Shown one piece after another: positions 49,805 to 63,797 of a stretch of 64,000 nt of DNA. Position 1 is the stretch's first letter; every line of letters begins with the position of its first letter. Source of the stretch: Sphyrna mokarran (lineage: Eukaryota); the NCBI GenBank assembly GCA_024679065.1, contig JAGIQG010000040.1, positions 2,480,001-2,544,000 of the forward strand, read 5' to 3'. The notes beneath the pieces were generated by a model. It ran no database searches, was not told the origin of the DNA, and saw nothing but the letters and a program-made list of their open reading frames with translations. Both the position numbers and the translations under genes were made by a program.

Positions 49805-50027
49805 CGGGTACACCAATAGCAGCCAGGGCGGGGTACAACACCTCCTGAACTTCAAGGAGAAAATTTGTTATTTGTCCGTTTATTGAAAGACTCTTTGCCA
49901 TTTTCAGCATCTCTGTGGACCGGCCAATCCCTATTCCTGCCAGGGGTGGACGTGTCACTGACATTGTGGAACGACAAATCGAAAATGTTTCCCTATTAAT
50001 AGAGGAGGAAAACTCCTCTGATGGCAT
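49805..50027 (-). CDS. GPCR copy A, exon 1 (exon 2 presumably in the gap)
   Basis: Near-identical to 58779-59001 with the same donor; its intron runs into the N gap. Confidence 0.75.
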
Positions 50028-50749
50028 CAGAGGAGATCTATGGAGACCGATGTTACTTGCAGTCACTGAACAAACATGTTTTGTTAACCCTTTTGAAATG
50101 AACCATTTTCCTCATGCTCTACTCCAGAGGAAACGGACGTGGATGTGGATGCTGGTGGCTAGGCCAGCATTTAGTGCTCACCAGTATTTGCATTTGAGAA
50201 TGTGGTGTTGAGCTGCCTTCTTGAAGCGTTTAGTTCATGGTGTAGATACACCAACAATGCTGTGAGGGAGTGAATTCCAAGATTTTGCCCCAGTGACAGT
50301 GAAGGAAAGGTGAGGCATTTCCAGGATAGATTCCGATCTGCGGCATGGTGACACACAGCCAGGGACCTGGGTTCGATACCGGCCATGGGAGTTTGCGTGT
50401 CCTTGTCGTGCCTGCTTGGTTTCCTTCAGGTCCTCTGTGTTCCTCCCACAGTCCATCGTTGTGTAGGTCAGGGAGATTGGGTTGGGTCTGATGTTCATTT
50501 AGAGAGTTGGTGCTGAGCCAATTAGCTAAACAACTTTCTTCCACGCTGTAGGGAATGGAAGTAAGTGTGGCGAGTGACTTGTAAGAGAACATTCAGGCGG
50601 TAACAGTCTTGGGTTTGGAAAGTGCTGTTTAAATTACCTTTGGTGAGAACCTGCACACTCCTGACCTGTGGTTGGTGAACAGGTTTTGGGGAGTCAGAAA
50701 GTGGGATTCTCGCTGCAGGATTTCCAGCCGTTCACCTGTTCTTGTGTAC

Positions 50750-51660
50750 CTACTTATCTTTTCCTTAAAAAAATTCAATGAGGGAGCCTCAGCTGCTTCA
50801 CTGGATAGGGAACTCCACAAATTCATAACCCTTTCGATGAAGAAGTTCTAAATCTGCTCCCTCTTATTTTGAAGCTATACCCCCCTAGTTCTAGCTTCAC
50901 GCAGGAGAACAACTTCCTTGCTTCTATCTTTTCTATTCCCTTCACAATCGTATGCGTTTCTATAAGATCTCCCCTCATTCTTCTGATTTCCAATGGGTAT
51001 AGTCCTAGTCTCTTCTCAAAAGCCAACCCTGTCAACTCCGGAATCAACCTAATGAATTTCCTCTGCATCCCCTTCAGCGCCAGTATATCCTCTCTCAATG
51101 AGGAGCCTAAGACTATACACACTATTCCAGATGTGGCCTCACCAGCATCTCATACATAACCTTCCCGATTAAACCCTATCCCTCAAGCAATGAAGGATAA
51201 AATTCCATTTACTTTCATAATTACCTGTTGCACTGCAAATATTTTTTTATGATTAATGCATAAGGGCACCCAGATCTTCTGCAGGACACCAGGCTGCATT
51301 CTTTTTTAAATTTAAATAATGGTCCATTTTGCTGCCATTTTTACGAAGTTAGATAAGCTCACATTTATAAACATTGTACTCCATCTGCTAGACTCTTGCC
51401 CACTCACTTAGAATATATTCATCCCTTTGCATGCTTTCAGTGTTCTCTGCACACTTTGCTCTGCCACTCATCTTAACGTCATCTGCGAATTTTGACGCAC
51501 TACACTTGGCCCCCAACTGAAAATCATCTTCGTAATTTTACCACAATTGCTGTCCCAACACTGATCCCCAAGGCACACCACTAGTCACTGCTCGCCAATC
51601 AGAAAACAAAACATTCATTTCCATTCTTTGCTTTCTGTCAGTGAACCAATCCTCTATCCA
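50750..51660 (-). mobile_element. Old CR1 fragment (duplicate at ~59730-60640)
   Basis: RRMRGDLIETH. Confidence 0.75.
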
Positions 51661-52197
51661 TGCTAACATAGCATCAAAGTGCCAGAATATTTGTTGAGTT
51701 GAAACTTTGATCAGAAATCAAGGAAATGTATCAGAAAAGAGGGGTGCCAGCCGATCCACACCGAGTCTTGACTTCCTCATCTCCCTGAATGTCATTTTCC
51801 TATTTCTCCATTGTGAAGGCAGGTTTTTTGTAGAAGGTTATTCTGCTAAATCTCGTCTTTTCCTCAATTTCCGTTGCATTAACACTTGTGTCTGTCTTTA
51901 TGACTACACAATGCTATTAGACATGTTTCTAGTGGGGATTAACTATGTCATCTGCGTCTGTAAATCCATTATGTTGTGGACTGAAGGTGCTACTAAGATG
52001 TGCACGGTATCAAAACAGGGACATCTTTTTCTTCTCATTGTGTCATGACTATTCAGCACTTCCGATTGTGATGAATGCATTTTGAGGCCTAGGAGAGAGC
52101 AAATAAATACTCCTGGGACATACCAGCTTCAGTCAACGTTAGGCAAAAGGGCTTAAATTTAACATCCGTCTCTCAAGCAGAAAGAGAAAAGTTTGAT

Positions 52198-52258
52198 GCT
52201 TTTGCCTGGAGACTTTTCGCTTGTTAGGTGAACGTGATAACCATTACACGACAGAAGC
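52198..52258 (-). pseudogene. Degenerate tRNA-Val(AAC) pseudogene
   Basis: GCTTCTGTCGTGTAATGGTTATCACGTTCACCTAACAAGCGAAAAGTCTCC resembles vertebrate tRNA-Val; T-arm/B-box missing. Confidence 0.8.
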
Positions 52259-53551
52259 AGCCGATTACAGAGCCCGCCAAGTCAATCTGCCTGCAGTGTT
52301 CAACTCTGCTGTATTACTGCCGGTGCTCATGGTTAGACTGAGAGCCCGTGTCACCCAGTGCAAAAAGGCACTCTTACTTTCAACTCGATGTTTCAGTTCA
52401 TCTTGAATTTGAAATTGGAAGATTTCCTCCAAGAAATGTCTGAGGGAGCAATGATTTATCTTCAATCATTATTGCATCATTCTCGTCCTCCATCGAATAA
52501 TTTCCAACAATCCTAGTCAGTATGTGTTTCATAGAACCATAGAGTCGATACAGTGCAGAAAACGTCATTCGGCCCCAAGAGTCTGCACCGACCCTATGAC
52601 AGCATATCGTAGCCAAGTCCTTTCCCCCACCCTATCCCGGTTATACCACACTTTCCCTATTCCTAATCTATCTCACCTACGGGGCAATTCAGAATGGCCA
52701 ATACACCAAAACTGCATATTTTCATTCAACATTTTATATCAATGCATTTATTTAGTGTATATTAAATTTAATATTATTGGAATGCACAACTTGAAGTGCA
52801 TACATAGAACACAGAACAGTGTAGTACAAACGAGCCCTGCCGTACACAAGTTGCGCCATTCATATCCATGCCTACCAGGCCTATCTATAACTCTCAATCC
52901 CATTAAATCCCATGTACTCATCCAGAAGTCTCTAAAAAGACCCCAATGAGTTCGGCTCCACCACCACCGACTGCAGCCGATTCCATTCACTCACCATCCT
53001 CTGATCCCTGACATCTCCCCACCCCCTGAGTGAAAAACTTACCCTTACTATCTGCCTACCCTTCGAGTGAAAAACGTACCCCTGACAGCTCCAGTTATCC
53101 CTGACTGACCAACAAAAGAAATCGAGATTCTGGGGAATACACATGCTATGATTCTTGTTTGAGATTGACCACAGCCAATTGTTAAACAGAATCCAATATC
53201 TTTGAAGAAAAGAAATTTAAGAATGATCTGTTAATTATACTTGATCCCTCTTTATTCATAGTATGAAAGATTCTGTTGCCCAAATCTCATTCATCTATGG
53301 GAAATCCAGCAGGTCCGCACTGAGTCTCCATTTTCGCATCTGTCTGAATAGTTTTTTGAAAATTTCTCTATTATGAAGAATGGATTTAAAAATGATTCTT
53401 TCAATGTGCCATTTCCTTTCGTTCAGTTACAGTTTCACTTGAGTCTATCTTTATGAGCATACACTACTTTTAGACATGTTTCAGATTAACTGCGTTAGTC
53501 CTGCGCCTATAAAGCCTTTAAATTCTATTGTAGACTGAATGAATTGGTTTA

Positions 53552-54232
53552 GAACATAGAACATAGAACATAGAACAATACAGCACAGAACAGGCCCTTC
53601 GGCCTTCGATGTTGTGCCGACCAAAATAAAAAGCAAATGCCCCTCCTAACTAAACCATTCCCTTCTCATCCATATACTTATCAACTAACCTCTTAAACGC
53701 CACCAAACTTGGCGCATCTACAACAGCTGCAGGCATGGCATTCCACTCCCTAATCACTCTTTGAGTAAAGAACCTACCTCTGATAGCCGTCCTATAACTC
53801 ATACCCCTTAATTTAAAGCTGTGTCCCCTCGTGCTAGCTTTCTCCATCCTAGGAAAAAGGCTATCACTGTCCACCCTATCTAAACCTCTAATCATCGTAT
53901 ATGCTTCAATAAGATCCCCTCTTAGCCGCCTCCTTTCTAACGAAAACAACCTCAAATCCTTCAACCTCTCTTCATATGACCTGCCCTCCATACCAGGCAA
54001 CATCCTGGTAAACCTCCTCTGTACCCTCTCCAATGCCTCCACATCGTTCTTATAATGTGGGGACCAGAACTGCACACAATACTCCAAGTGCGGCCGCACT
54101 AGAGTTTTGTACAGCTGCCACATGATGCTGCGGCTCCTAAATTCAATCCCCCTACCAATAAAAGCTAAGACTCCATAAGCCTTCTTAACAACTTTATCCA
54201 CTTGACTGCCTACTTTCAGGGATAAAATTCAG
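53552..54232 (-). mobile_element. Young CR1 insertion specific to tandem unit 1
   Basis: Empty site at ~62517; ggttta on both sides. Confidence 0.92.
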
Positions 54233-54480
54233 GGTTTATGTGCGCCTTGTCAAATTGTAAACATTTTTTCCTATCATTGCGTCCTAAAACACAGCATTTC
54301 CCATTTTGCTGAAAGCATTTGAGGTCGGGGTCAGAACGAATATAAATAAAATGGCTCTAATATCGAGATTCTGATAATGTTCAGCAATAAACTTAAATCC
54401 TGGAAAAGCCGCTCATCCTTAATGTGAAACTTTTAATAATGCTTCCAATCAGTTTCAAACCAGTGACTTCTGGCGTATAA

Positions 54481-54779
54481 GGTGGCACGGTTTCACAGTG
54501 GTTAGGACTGCTGCCGCACAGCGCCTGGGACGTAGGTTAAATTCCGGCCTCAGGGCACTGGCAGAATTTGCAACTTTTCCCCGTGCCTGCGTGGGTTTTC
54601 TCCGGGTGCTCTGATTTCCCCTTACAGTCCAAAGATGTGCAGGTCCTGTTGTTCAGACATGACAAATTGCCCCTTAATATCAGGGAGATTAACAGCTAAA
54701 TAGAGCATAGGGCCTGGGTAGTGCTGCTATCAGTGCAGGCTCAATGGGCGTCCATTTGCACTGTTGGGATTCTATGATG
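54481..54779 (+). mobile_element. tRNA-derived SINE (duplicate at 62760-63058)
   Basis: ggtggcacgg..cagtggttag head. Confidence 0.72.
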
Positions 54780-55518
54780 ACCACTACACTACAAAAATGA
54801 TTGTCTAGTTTAAACATAAAGGGAACCTCATAAATTGTCACTTGTGTGCCACCGTTCAGTTACACTTTGAGTGTTTGCTTTGAACTAATTCGTCTGCTGT
54901 AATTAGCAATGCGGCAGGCAGACTGATTCAACAAAGGTTGAAAATGACAGGCAGCAATAAGACAGCAATACGAATGAAGAAACGAGTCCAACCTGGAGGT
55001 AACTGATCAATGAGGAAACAAGGCCAATCCTAAGGCATGGTATTGTGACGGAGATTGCTTTTCTACAATTCTTCTAGTAAGCTGTATATGTAGGAAAATG
55101 CTATTTTCTTGAATATTGTTCCTGGCACTGATGAAGGGTTCTGCTCCTCAGTAAATTGAACGTGGGGAAAACGAGATATTTATACGTGGTTCATGTCATT
55201 ATTATATATAAATAAAGAACAAAGAACAACACAGCACGGGAAACAGGCCCTTTGGCCCAACGACTTTGAAAAGTGTTTTACTCATGGCAATTAGTCCTTG
55301 CCATTATAATACAGTAGGTAGACTTTGAAATTTTATCCGAGTTAACATGTATTTTGTGTCACAGTGCACATGGTGCAAAGTTCGGTAGGCATGCTGTACA
55401 GTTCACCACAGGTCTCTATTGAATTAACATTAACCTACATCTCTGACACGTCAGGAGAGAGTGAGTTGGAAATAATAAAATTAAGTTGTGGCACGGCAGA
55501 CACTTAAACATGATATCG

Positions 55519-56420
55519 TCATCGTTTAATGAATTTTGTAAGGACAGTAATAGGATATGTCACCACATATCTGAACTCCTCTCTAAACTTCGCCTGGGTT
55601 ACAGCATAAATACAAGTGTTTGTACAACAACTTATGAGCTGCAGCATGAAGCCCATTTCCAATACAAACTCAGGAAGCAGCACAGATTCATGCCCCAAAA
55701 CCCACATTCGCCACCATACAGAATACACCATAAACATTGTCCAAAACAATATGAAATTTGCTGAGATAACAAATAGCAAAATGATGGATTTCCTTCGGTT
55801 TTCCATCTCTGGGTCACTTGTACGCTCTCCACTGCTGTTACCTCTGAGTCTCTTTCGGGCTCTGCTGGCCACGAATACATTTCTGATGGTTAAATTGTTG
55901 AGCAGCAAAATCAGAACAAATGGGACACATGGAGTAAAGATATTATGAAGGAATTCGATTGTCGCCCAGACCTCAGATTCCATAACACCGCTTCTCACCT
56001 CGCAAAACCAAGGGAAATTTAAAAGCCAATATCTTGGTGATAGCATGTAATACCAGAAAATATTCTTTAAGCCACTCAGCACTGTCACCGTCCCCAAGAC
56101 AACAAGTGTGATTTTCACATTGCAATATTTAACTTTCACCTTCTGCCAGCAAATTGCTACAAATCTATCAAAAGTGAAACTGACAGTGAACCAGACTGAA
56201 CAGTCTGTTACTGCATAAAGCAGGACAGCGTGAGTATTGCACACACGCATATCATACACAAAAGTAAACTGTTTCCAATAAACAATAGGAATGTGTCTCA
56301 ATATCAGGTCAAAGATCACGACCAGTAGATCTGCTGATGCCATGGCCACCAGATAGCACGTGATGCATTTGGAGAGACCACATTTACCCCGGCACAGGAT
56401 TACAATTGTCAGCAAGTTCA
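55519..56420 (-). CDS. GPR139/GPR142-like class A GPCR, copy B, exon 2
   Basis: 300-codon ORF: NLLTIVIL, YLVAMASADLL, FTFDRFVAIC, PFVLILLLN, SCCTNTCIY..KFREEF; acceptor ccgcacag. Confidence 0.92.
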
Positions 56421-57249
56421 CTGTGCGGAAGTGAAAAGAATTATGTATCAGTCATTTTTATTCATTCACTGGACATGACTTAATCAACATTGGTATACAT
56501 TCCTAATTTCCTTGTAAAGATGGCAGTGAGCTACATTCTTGAGCTGCCACATTCGAAGTGGTGTATCTATACCCATAATGCTATTGAATTGCTTCTGTAA
56601 GCATTACTATCAGTTTCACTGAGTAATTACTAAATCTGTAAATTGTGCAATTCTATACATTAATGCATTCAAACGAACATTTCAATGAGAGTATTCTTTC
56701 TGCTGACAATGTGGCACACAATTTGCTTAAACAACTTTAAGACAAGAGTTCATTTTTTGGGTAAAATATTATATGTGGTTCTACATTTGAACAGACATCA
56801 GATAAAGTTTACTGCAGAGCTGAAGATGCCTTTCATTCTCCAGTGCAAAGAATTTTAGTCCTGCAGCGAATACTAAGAAAAACGTAATGACAGCAATTTC
56901 TCATTCTGGGAAGTGGAACTGAGTTTGTGGAGCTTGGGTAGCCTCATAGAGTGAGCTACGTTTGCTGTTGGAGATCGTCTGTTTGGAGAACTACCATCGA
57001 CTCCTCCTCTACGTCGTTGCATATTGAAACTTGTTCTGCAGAAAACATAGGAGGTTGTGCGACGAAGTGGAATGCTTATTAGGGAAAGAATCGAAACTCA
57101 GTCAATTATTGATCTTGCCCCATTCGGTGTGTGATACCGCCACGGAGTAGGCCACTGTTCCTTCTATTCATAAGTGACCTTTTGTTAAGGCTGTGAGAAT
57201 GACAGCCGAAATCATGTTCCTCATTAGTTTCCTATCACTTTTTAAAAGT

Positions 57250-57505
57250 TAATTTATTAGTCACAAGTAAGGCATACATTAACAATGCAAAGAAGGTAGC
57301 ATTAAATTCCTCTAGTCACCACAGTGCGGCTCCTGTTCGAGTAAATGCACCTAACCAGCACGCCCTTCAGAATGTTGGAGAAACCGGAGCATCCGGAAGA
57401 AAGCTATGAACACACAGGGAGAACAGACAGTGACCCAAGCCGGAAATCGAACGCGGGTGCCTGACGGTGTGAGGCAACAGTGCTAACCATTGTGCTACCG
57501 TGCCA
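57250..57505 (-). mobile_element. tRNA-derived SINE in the GPCR intron
   Basis: Reverse-complement A/B-box head at the 57505 end. Confidence 0.7.
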
Positions 57506-58778
57506 CTCATTCTGCAACGGTGTATTGAAAATTATCTGTTTTCTTGTCCTTCTCTCCTGCACTCAAGATGAATTTGTACCTCAGAAACTGGATTCAAGCT
57601 CTTGCAGTGAGTGAGAGGTCAGAGAGCGTGATGGGAACAGGCTCCAGTGCTTCCTCTGATTTGCAGACTGTTGCTATGAAATTGCAGACAATAAGTAAAA
57701 CTATAATCCATGTATGGGGGCAGAAACAATGTAATGGCCAACAGGATTCTACCTAATTACTGGATTTGTCCTTTGTCAGACAGCTTTCAGTTCGATAGCT
57801 TGTTAAAGTAGAACCCAGAAAACAATTATTATTTTGTGACCAAATGTCAGGTATTTACAAATATTTGCCAGAAGTAAGTACTCGCACTATCTGCAGCCGA
57901 TTAAGCTTGCCAATGGCATGGATACCGTTGAATCATAGGAACTATCTCAAAAATAAGAACATTAATACAATTTTGAGAACATTCCGCGACAGAGTCATAC
58001 ATTTTCTAAGGTGGAGACACAAGGAGAAGACTGAAGCTCTCTTCAATTCGCAGAACCACAGTCAGACAAGATACAAGAATTTACAGGGAAAGAAAGACAG
58101 TAGAAAAATTGTGCTGAAATCATTGAGAGATCCCTTCAACTGTGACATCTGGTATGAAATTCAATGATATTGATGAATACTCGAGTTGTTTCTATTAAAA
58201 AGTCCGAAGAAAAATAATTAATTTAATCGTGGCGAGAAATCATGATTATTCCAACATTAAAATATTTTGAAATGAATATCGTGATTTGATCTTGAAGATT
58301 GAGAATGTAACTTCCTTTATTTGAGCAAGAAACTTGCCACAATTATTTGGTATCTCATCCCTTATATTGGTATTTACAATTTGGGAAAATATTTATATCT
58401 ATCCACATGTCAAATATTAAATTCTAATCTTTGTTGAAGCAGAAGTATTATTCTACGGTTTATTATTATTATTAAGTATTATTCTATGTTTTATTCTAAA
58501 GATGAATAAAACAGGTAGGAGACAGGGAGAAAGTGAGAATGTGCCATTCATTGATCTGATACCTATAGCAAAATCAGTGCTAAAACATCAGTATTGCACG
58601 AATCGGCAGTCGTAAAACAGACGGGAACAATAATAGTGATACTCAATTTCTGGAATTAACAGTTGTATCGATAAAATCACCAGAAATACGAGTAGCAGTG
58701 AGGAGATAGTAAATGACAAGGATATTAATAGTGTTAAAACGTATCTTGTCTAATTAATAACTGGATGCATAGACTTAC

Positions 58779-59001
58779 CGGGTACACCAATAGCAGCCAG
58801 GGCGGGGTACAACACCTCCTGAACTTCAAGGAGAAAATTTGTTATTTGTCCACTTATTGAAAGACTCTTTGCCATTTTCAGCATCTCTGTGGACTGTCCA
58901 ATCCCTATTCCTGCCAGGGCTGGTCGTGTCACTGACATTGTGGAATGACAAATCGACAATGTTTCCCTATTAATAGAGGAGGAAAACTCCTCTGATGGCA
59001 T
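58779..59001 (-). CDS. GPCR copy B, exon 1 (N-terminus + start of TM1; start codon uncertain: 59001, 58884 or 58875)
   Basis: ..EVQEVLYPALAAIGVP G|gtaagt, phase 1; joins exon 2 to give GVPVNLLTI; 2358-bp intron. Confidence 0.85.
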
Positions 59002-61160
59002 CAGAGGAGATCTATGGAGACCGATGTTACTTGCAGTCACTGAACAAACATGTTTTGTTAACCCTTTTGAAATGAACCATTTTCCTCATGCTCTAATCCA
59101 GAGGAAACGGACGTGGATGTGGATGCTGGTGGCTAGGCCAGCATTTAATGCTCACCACTATTTGCATTTGAGAATGTGGTGTTGAGCTGCCTTCTTGAAG
59201 CGTTTAGTTCACGGTGTAGATACACCAACAATGCTGTGAGGGAGTGAATTCCAAGATTTTGCCCCAGTGACAGTGAAGGAAAGGTGAGGCATTTCCAGGA
59301 TATATTCCGATCTGCGGCATGGTGACACACAGCCAGGGACCTGGGTTCGATACCGGCCATGGGAGTTTGCGTGTCCTTGTCGTGCCTGCTTGGTTTCCTT
59401 CAGGTCCTCTGTGTTCCTCCCACAGTCCATCGTTGTGCAGGTCAGGGAGATTGGGTTGGGTCTGATGTTCATTTAGAGAGTTGGTGCTGAGCCAATTAGC
59501 TAAACAACTTTCTTCCACGCTGTAGGGAATGGAAGTAAGTGTGGCGAGTGACTTGTAAGAGAACATTCAGGCGGTAACACTCTTGGGTTCGGAAAGTGCT
59601 GTTTAAATTACCTTTGGTGAGAACCTGCACACTCCTGACCTGTGGTTGGTGAACAGGTTTTGGGGAGTCAGAAAGTGGGGTTCTCGTTGCAGGATTTCCA
59701 GCCGTTGACCTGTTCTTGTGTACCTATTTATCTTTTCCTTAAAAAAAATCAATGAGGGAGCCTCAGCTACTTCACTGGATAGGGAACTCCACAAATTCAT
59801 AACCCTTTGGATGAAGATGTTCCCAATCTGCTCCCTCTTATTTTGAAGCTATACCCCCCTAGTTCTAGCTTCACGCAGGGGAACAACTTCCTTGCTTCTA
59901 TCTTTTCTATTCCCTTCACAATCTTATGCGTTTCTATAAGATCTCCCCTCATTCTTCTGATTTCCAATGGGTATAGTCCTAGTCTCTTCTCAAAAGCCAA
60001 CCCTGTCAACTCCGGAATCAACCTAATGAATTTCCTCTGCATCCCCTTCAGCGCCAGTATATCCTCTCTCAATGAGGAGCCTAAGACTATACACACTATT
60101 CCAGATGTGGCCTCACCAGCATCTCATACATAACCTTCCCGATTAAACCCTATCCCTCAAGCAATGAAGGATAAAATTCCATTTACTTTCATAATTACCT
60201 GTTGCACTGCAAATATTTTTTTATGATTAATGCATAAGGGCACCCAGATCTTCTGCAGGACACCAGGCTGCATTCTTTTTTAATTTAAATAATGGTCCAT
60301 TTTGCTGCTATTCTTACGAAGTTAGATAAGCTCACATTTATAAACATTGTACTCCATCTGCTAGACTCTTGCCCACTCACTTAGAATATATTCATCCCTT
60401 TGCATGCTTTCAGTGTTCTCTGCACACTTTGCTCTGCCACTCATCTTAATGTCATCTGCGAATTTTGACGCACTACACTTGGCCCCCAACTGAAAATCAT
60501 CTTCGTAATTTTACGACAATTGCTGTCCCAACACTGAGCCCCGAGGCACACCACTAGTCACTGCTCGCCAATCAGAAAACAAAACATTCATTTCCATTCT
60601 TTGCTTTCTGTCAGTGAACCAATCCTCTATCCATGCTAACATAGCATCAAAGTGCCAGAATATTTGTTGACTTGAAACTTTGATCAGAAGTCAAGGAAGT
60701 GGATCAGAAAAGAGGGGTGCCAGCCGATCCACACCGAGTCTTGACTTCCTCATCTCCCTGAATGTCATTTTCCTATTTCTCCATTATGAGGGCAGGTTTT
60801 TTGTAGAAGGTTATTCTGCTAAATCTCGTCTTTTCCTCAATTTCCGTTGCATTAACACTTGTGTCTGTCTTTATGACTACACAATGCTATTTGACATGTT
60901 TCTAGTGGGGATTAACTATGTCATCTGCGTCTGTAAATCCATTATGTTGTGGACTGAAGGTGCTACTAAGATGTGCACGGTATCAAAACAGGGACATCTT
61001 TTTCTTCTCATTGTGTCATGCACTTCCGATTGTGATGAATGCATTTTGAGGCCTAGGAGAGAGCAAATAAATACTCCTGGGACATACGAGCTTCAGTCAA
61101 CGTTAGGCAAAAGGGCTTAAATTTAACATCCGTCTCTCAAGCAGAAAGAGAAAAGTTTGA

Positions 61161-61222
61161 TGCTTTTGCCTGGAGACTTTTCGCTTGTTAGGTGAACGTG
61201 ATAACCATTACACGACAGAAGC
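61161..61222 (-). pseudogene. Degenerate tRNA-Val(AAC) pseudogene (duplicate)
   Basis: Copy of 52198-52258 in tandem unit 2. Confidence 0.8.
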
Positions 61223-63797
61223 AGCCGATTACAGAGCCCACCAAGTCAATCTGCCTGCAGTGTTCAACTCTGCTGTATTACTGCCGTTGCTCGTGGTTAG
61301 ACTGAGAGCCCGTGTCACCCAGTGCAAAAAGGCACTCTTACTTTCAACTCGATGTTTCAGTTCATCTTGAATTTGAAATTGGAAGATTTCCTCCAACAAA
61401 TGTCTGAGGGAGCAATGATTTATCTTCAATCATTACTGCGTCATTCTCGTCTTCCATCGAATAATTTCCAACAATCCTAGTCAGTATGTGTTTCATAGAA
61501 CCATAGAGTCGATACGGTGCAGAAAACGTCATTCGGCCCAAAGAGTCTGCACCAACCCTATGACAGCATATCGTAGCCAAGCCCTTTCCCCCGCCCTATC
61601 CCAGTTATACCACACTTTCCCTATTCCTAATCTACCTCACCTATGGGACAATTCAGAATGGCCAATACGCCAAAACTGCATATTTTCATTCAACATTTTA
61701 TATCAATGCATTTATTTAGTGTATATTAAATTTAATATTATTGGAATGCACAACTTGAAGTGCATACATAGAATATAGAACACTATAGTACAAACAGGCC
61801 CTGCCATACACAAGTTGCGCCATTCATGTCCATGCCTACCAGGCCTATCTATAACTCTCAATCCCATTAAATCCCATGTACTCATCCAGAAGTCTCTAAA
61901 AAGACCCCAATGAGTTCGGCTCCACCACCACCGACTGCAGCCGATTCCATTCACTCACCATCCTCTGATCCCTGACATCTCCCCACCCCCTGAGTGAAAA
62001 ACTTACCCTTACTATCTGCCTACCCTTCGAGTGAAAAACGTACCCCTGACAGCTCCAGTTATCCCTGACTGACCAACAAAAGAAATCGAGATTCTGGGGA
62101 ATACACATGCTATGATTCTTGTTTGAGATTGACCACAGCCAATTGTTAAACAGAATCCAATATCTTTGAAGAAAAGAAATTTAAGAATGATCTGTTAATT
62201 ATACTTGATCCCTCTTTATTCATAGTATGAAAGATTCTGTTGCCCAAATCTCATTCATCTATGGGAAATCCAGCAGGTCTGCACTGAGTCTCCATTTTCG
62301 CATCTGTCTGAATAGTTTTTTGAAAATTTCTCTATTATGAAGAATGGATTTAAAAATGATTCTTTCAATGTGTGCCATTTCCTTTCGTTCAGTTACAGTT
62401 TCACTTGAGTCTATCTTTATGAGCATACACTACTTTTAGACATGTTTCAGATTAACTGCGTTCGTCCTGTGTCTCTTAAGCCTTTAAATTCTATTGTAGA
62501 CTGAATGAATTGGTTTATGTGCGCCTTGTCAAATTGTAAACATTTTTTCCTATCATTGCGTCCTAAAACACAGCATTTCCCATTTTGCTGAAAGCATTTG
62601 AGGTCGGGGTCAGAACGAATATAAATAAAATGGCTCTAATATCGAGATTCTGATAATGTTCAGCAATAAACTTAAATCCTGGAAAAGCCGCTCATCCTTA
62701 ATGTGAAACTTTTAATAATGCTTCCAATCAGTTTCAAACCAGTGACTTCTGGCGTATAAGGTGGCACGGTTTCACAGTGGTTAGGACTGCTGCCGCACAG
62801 CGCCTGGGACGTAGGTTAAATTCCGGCCTCAGGGCACTGGCAGAATTTGCAACTTTTCCCCGTGCCTGCGTGGGTTTTCTCCGGGTGCTCTGATTTCCCC
62901 TTACAGTCCAAAGATGTGCAGGTCCTGTTGTTCAGACATGACAAATTGCCCCTTAATATCAGGGAGATTAACAGCTAAATAGAGCATAGGGCCTGGGTAG
63001 TGCTGCTATCAGTGCAGGCTCAATGGGCGTCCATTTGCACTGTTGGGATTCTATGATGACCACTACACTACAAAAATGATTGTCTAGTTTAAACATAAAG
63101 GGAACCTCATAAATTGTCACTTGTGTGCCACCGTTCAGTTACACTTTGAGTGTTTGTTTTGAACTAATTCGTCTGCTGTAATTAGCAATGCGGCAGGCAG
63201 ACTGATTCAACAAAGGTTGAAAATGACAGGCAGCAATAAGACAGCAATACGAATGAAGAAACGAGTCCAACCTGGAGGTAACTGATCAATGAGGAAACAA
63301 GGCCAATCCTAAGGCATGGTATTGTGACGGAGATTGCTTTTCTACAATTCTTCTAGTAAGCTGTATATGTAGGAAAATGCTATTTTCTTGAATATTGTTC
63401 CTGGCACTGATGAAGGGTTCTGCTCCTCAGTAAATTGAACGTGGGGAAAACGAGATATTTATACGTGGTTCATGTCATTATTATATATAAATAAAGAACA
63501 AAGAACAACACAGCACGGGAAACAGGCCCTTTGGCCCAACGACTTTGAAAAGTGTTTTACTCATGGCAATTAGTCCTTGCCAGCATAATACAGTAGATAG
63601 ACTTTGAAATTTTATCCTTGTTAACATGTATTTTGTATCACAGTGCACATGGTGCAAAGTTCGGTAGGCATGCTGTACAGTTCACCACAGGTCTCTATTG
63701 AATTAACATTAACCTACATTTCTGGCACGTCAGGAGAGAGTGAGTTGGAAATAATAAAATTAAGTTGTGGCACGGCAGACACTTAAACATGATATCG

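Noticed and set aside
51707-52048. Duplicated 113/146-aa hydrophobic ORF
   Set aside because: Non-ATG start, no recognisable domain; conservation is explained by the recent duplication.
55519-59001. Assigning the symbol GPR139
   Set aside because: Family resemblance only; a multi-copy paralogue whose orthology cannot be shown without a tree.
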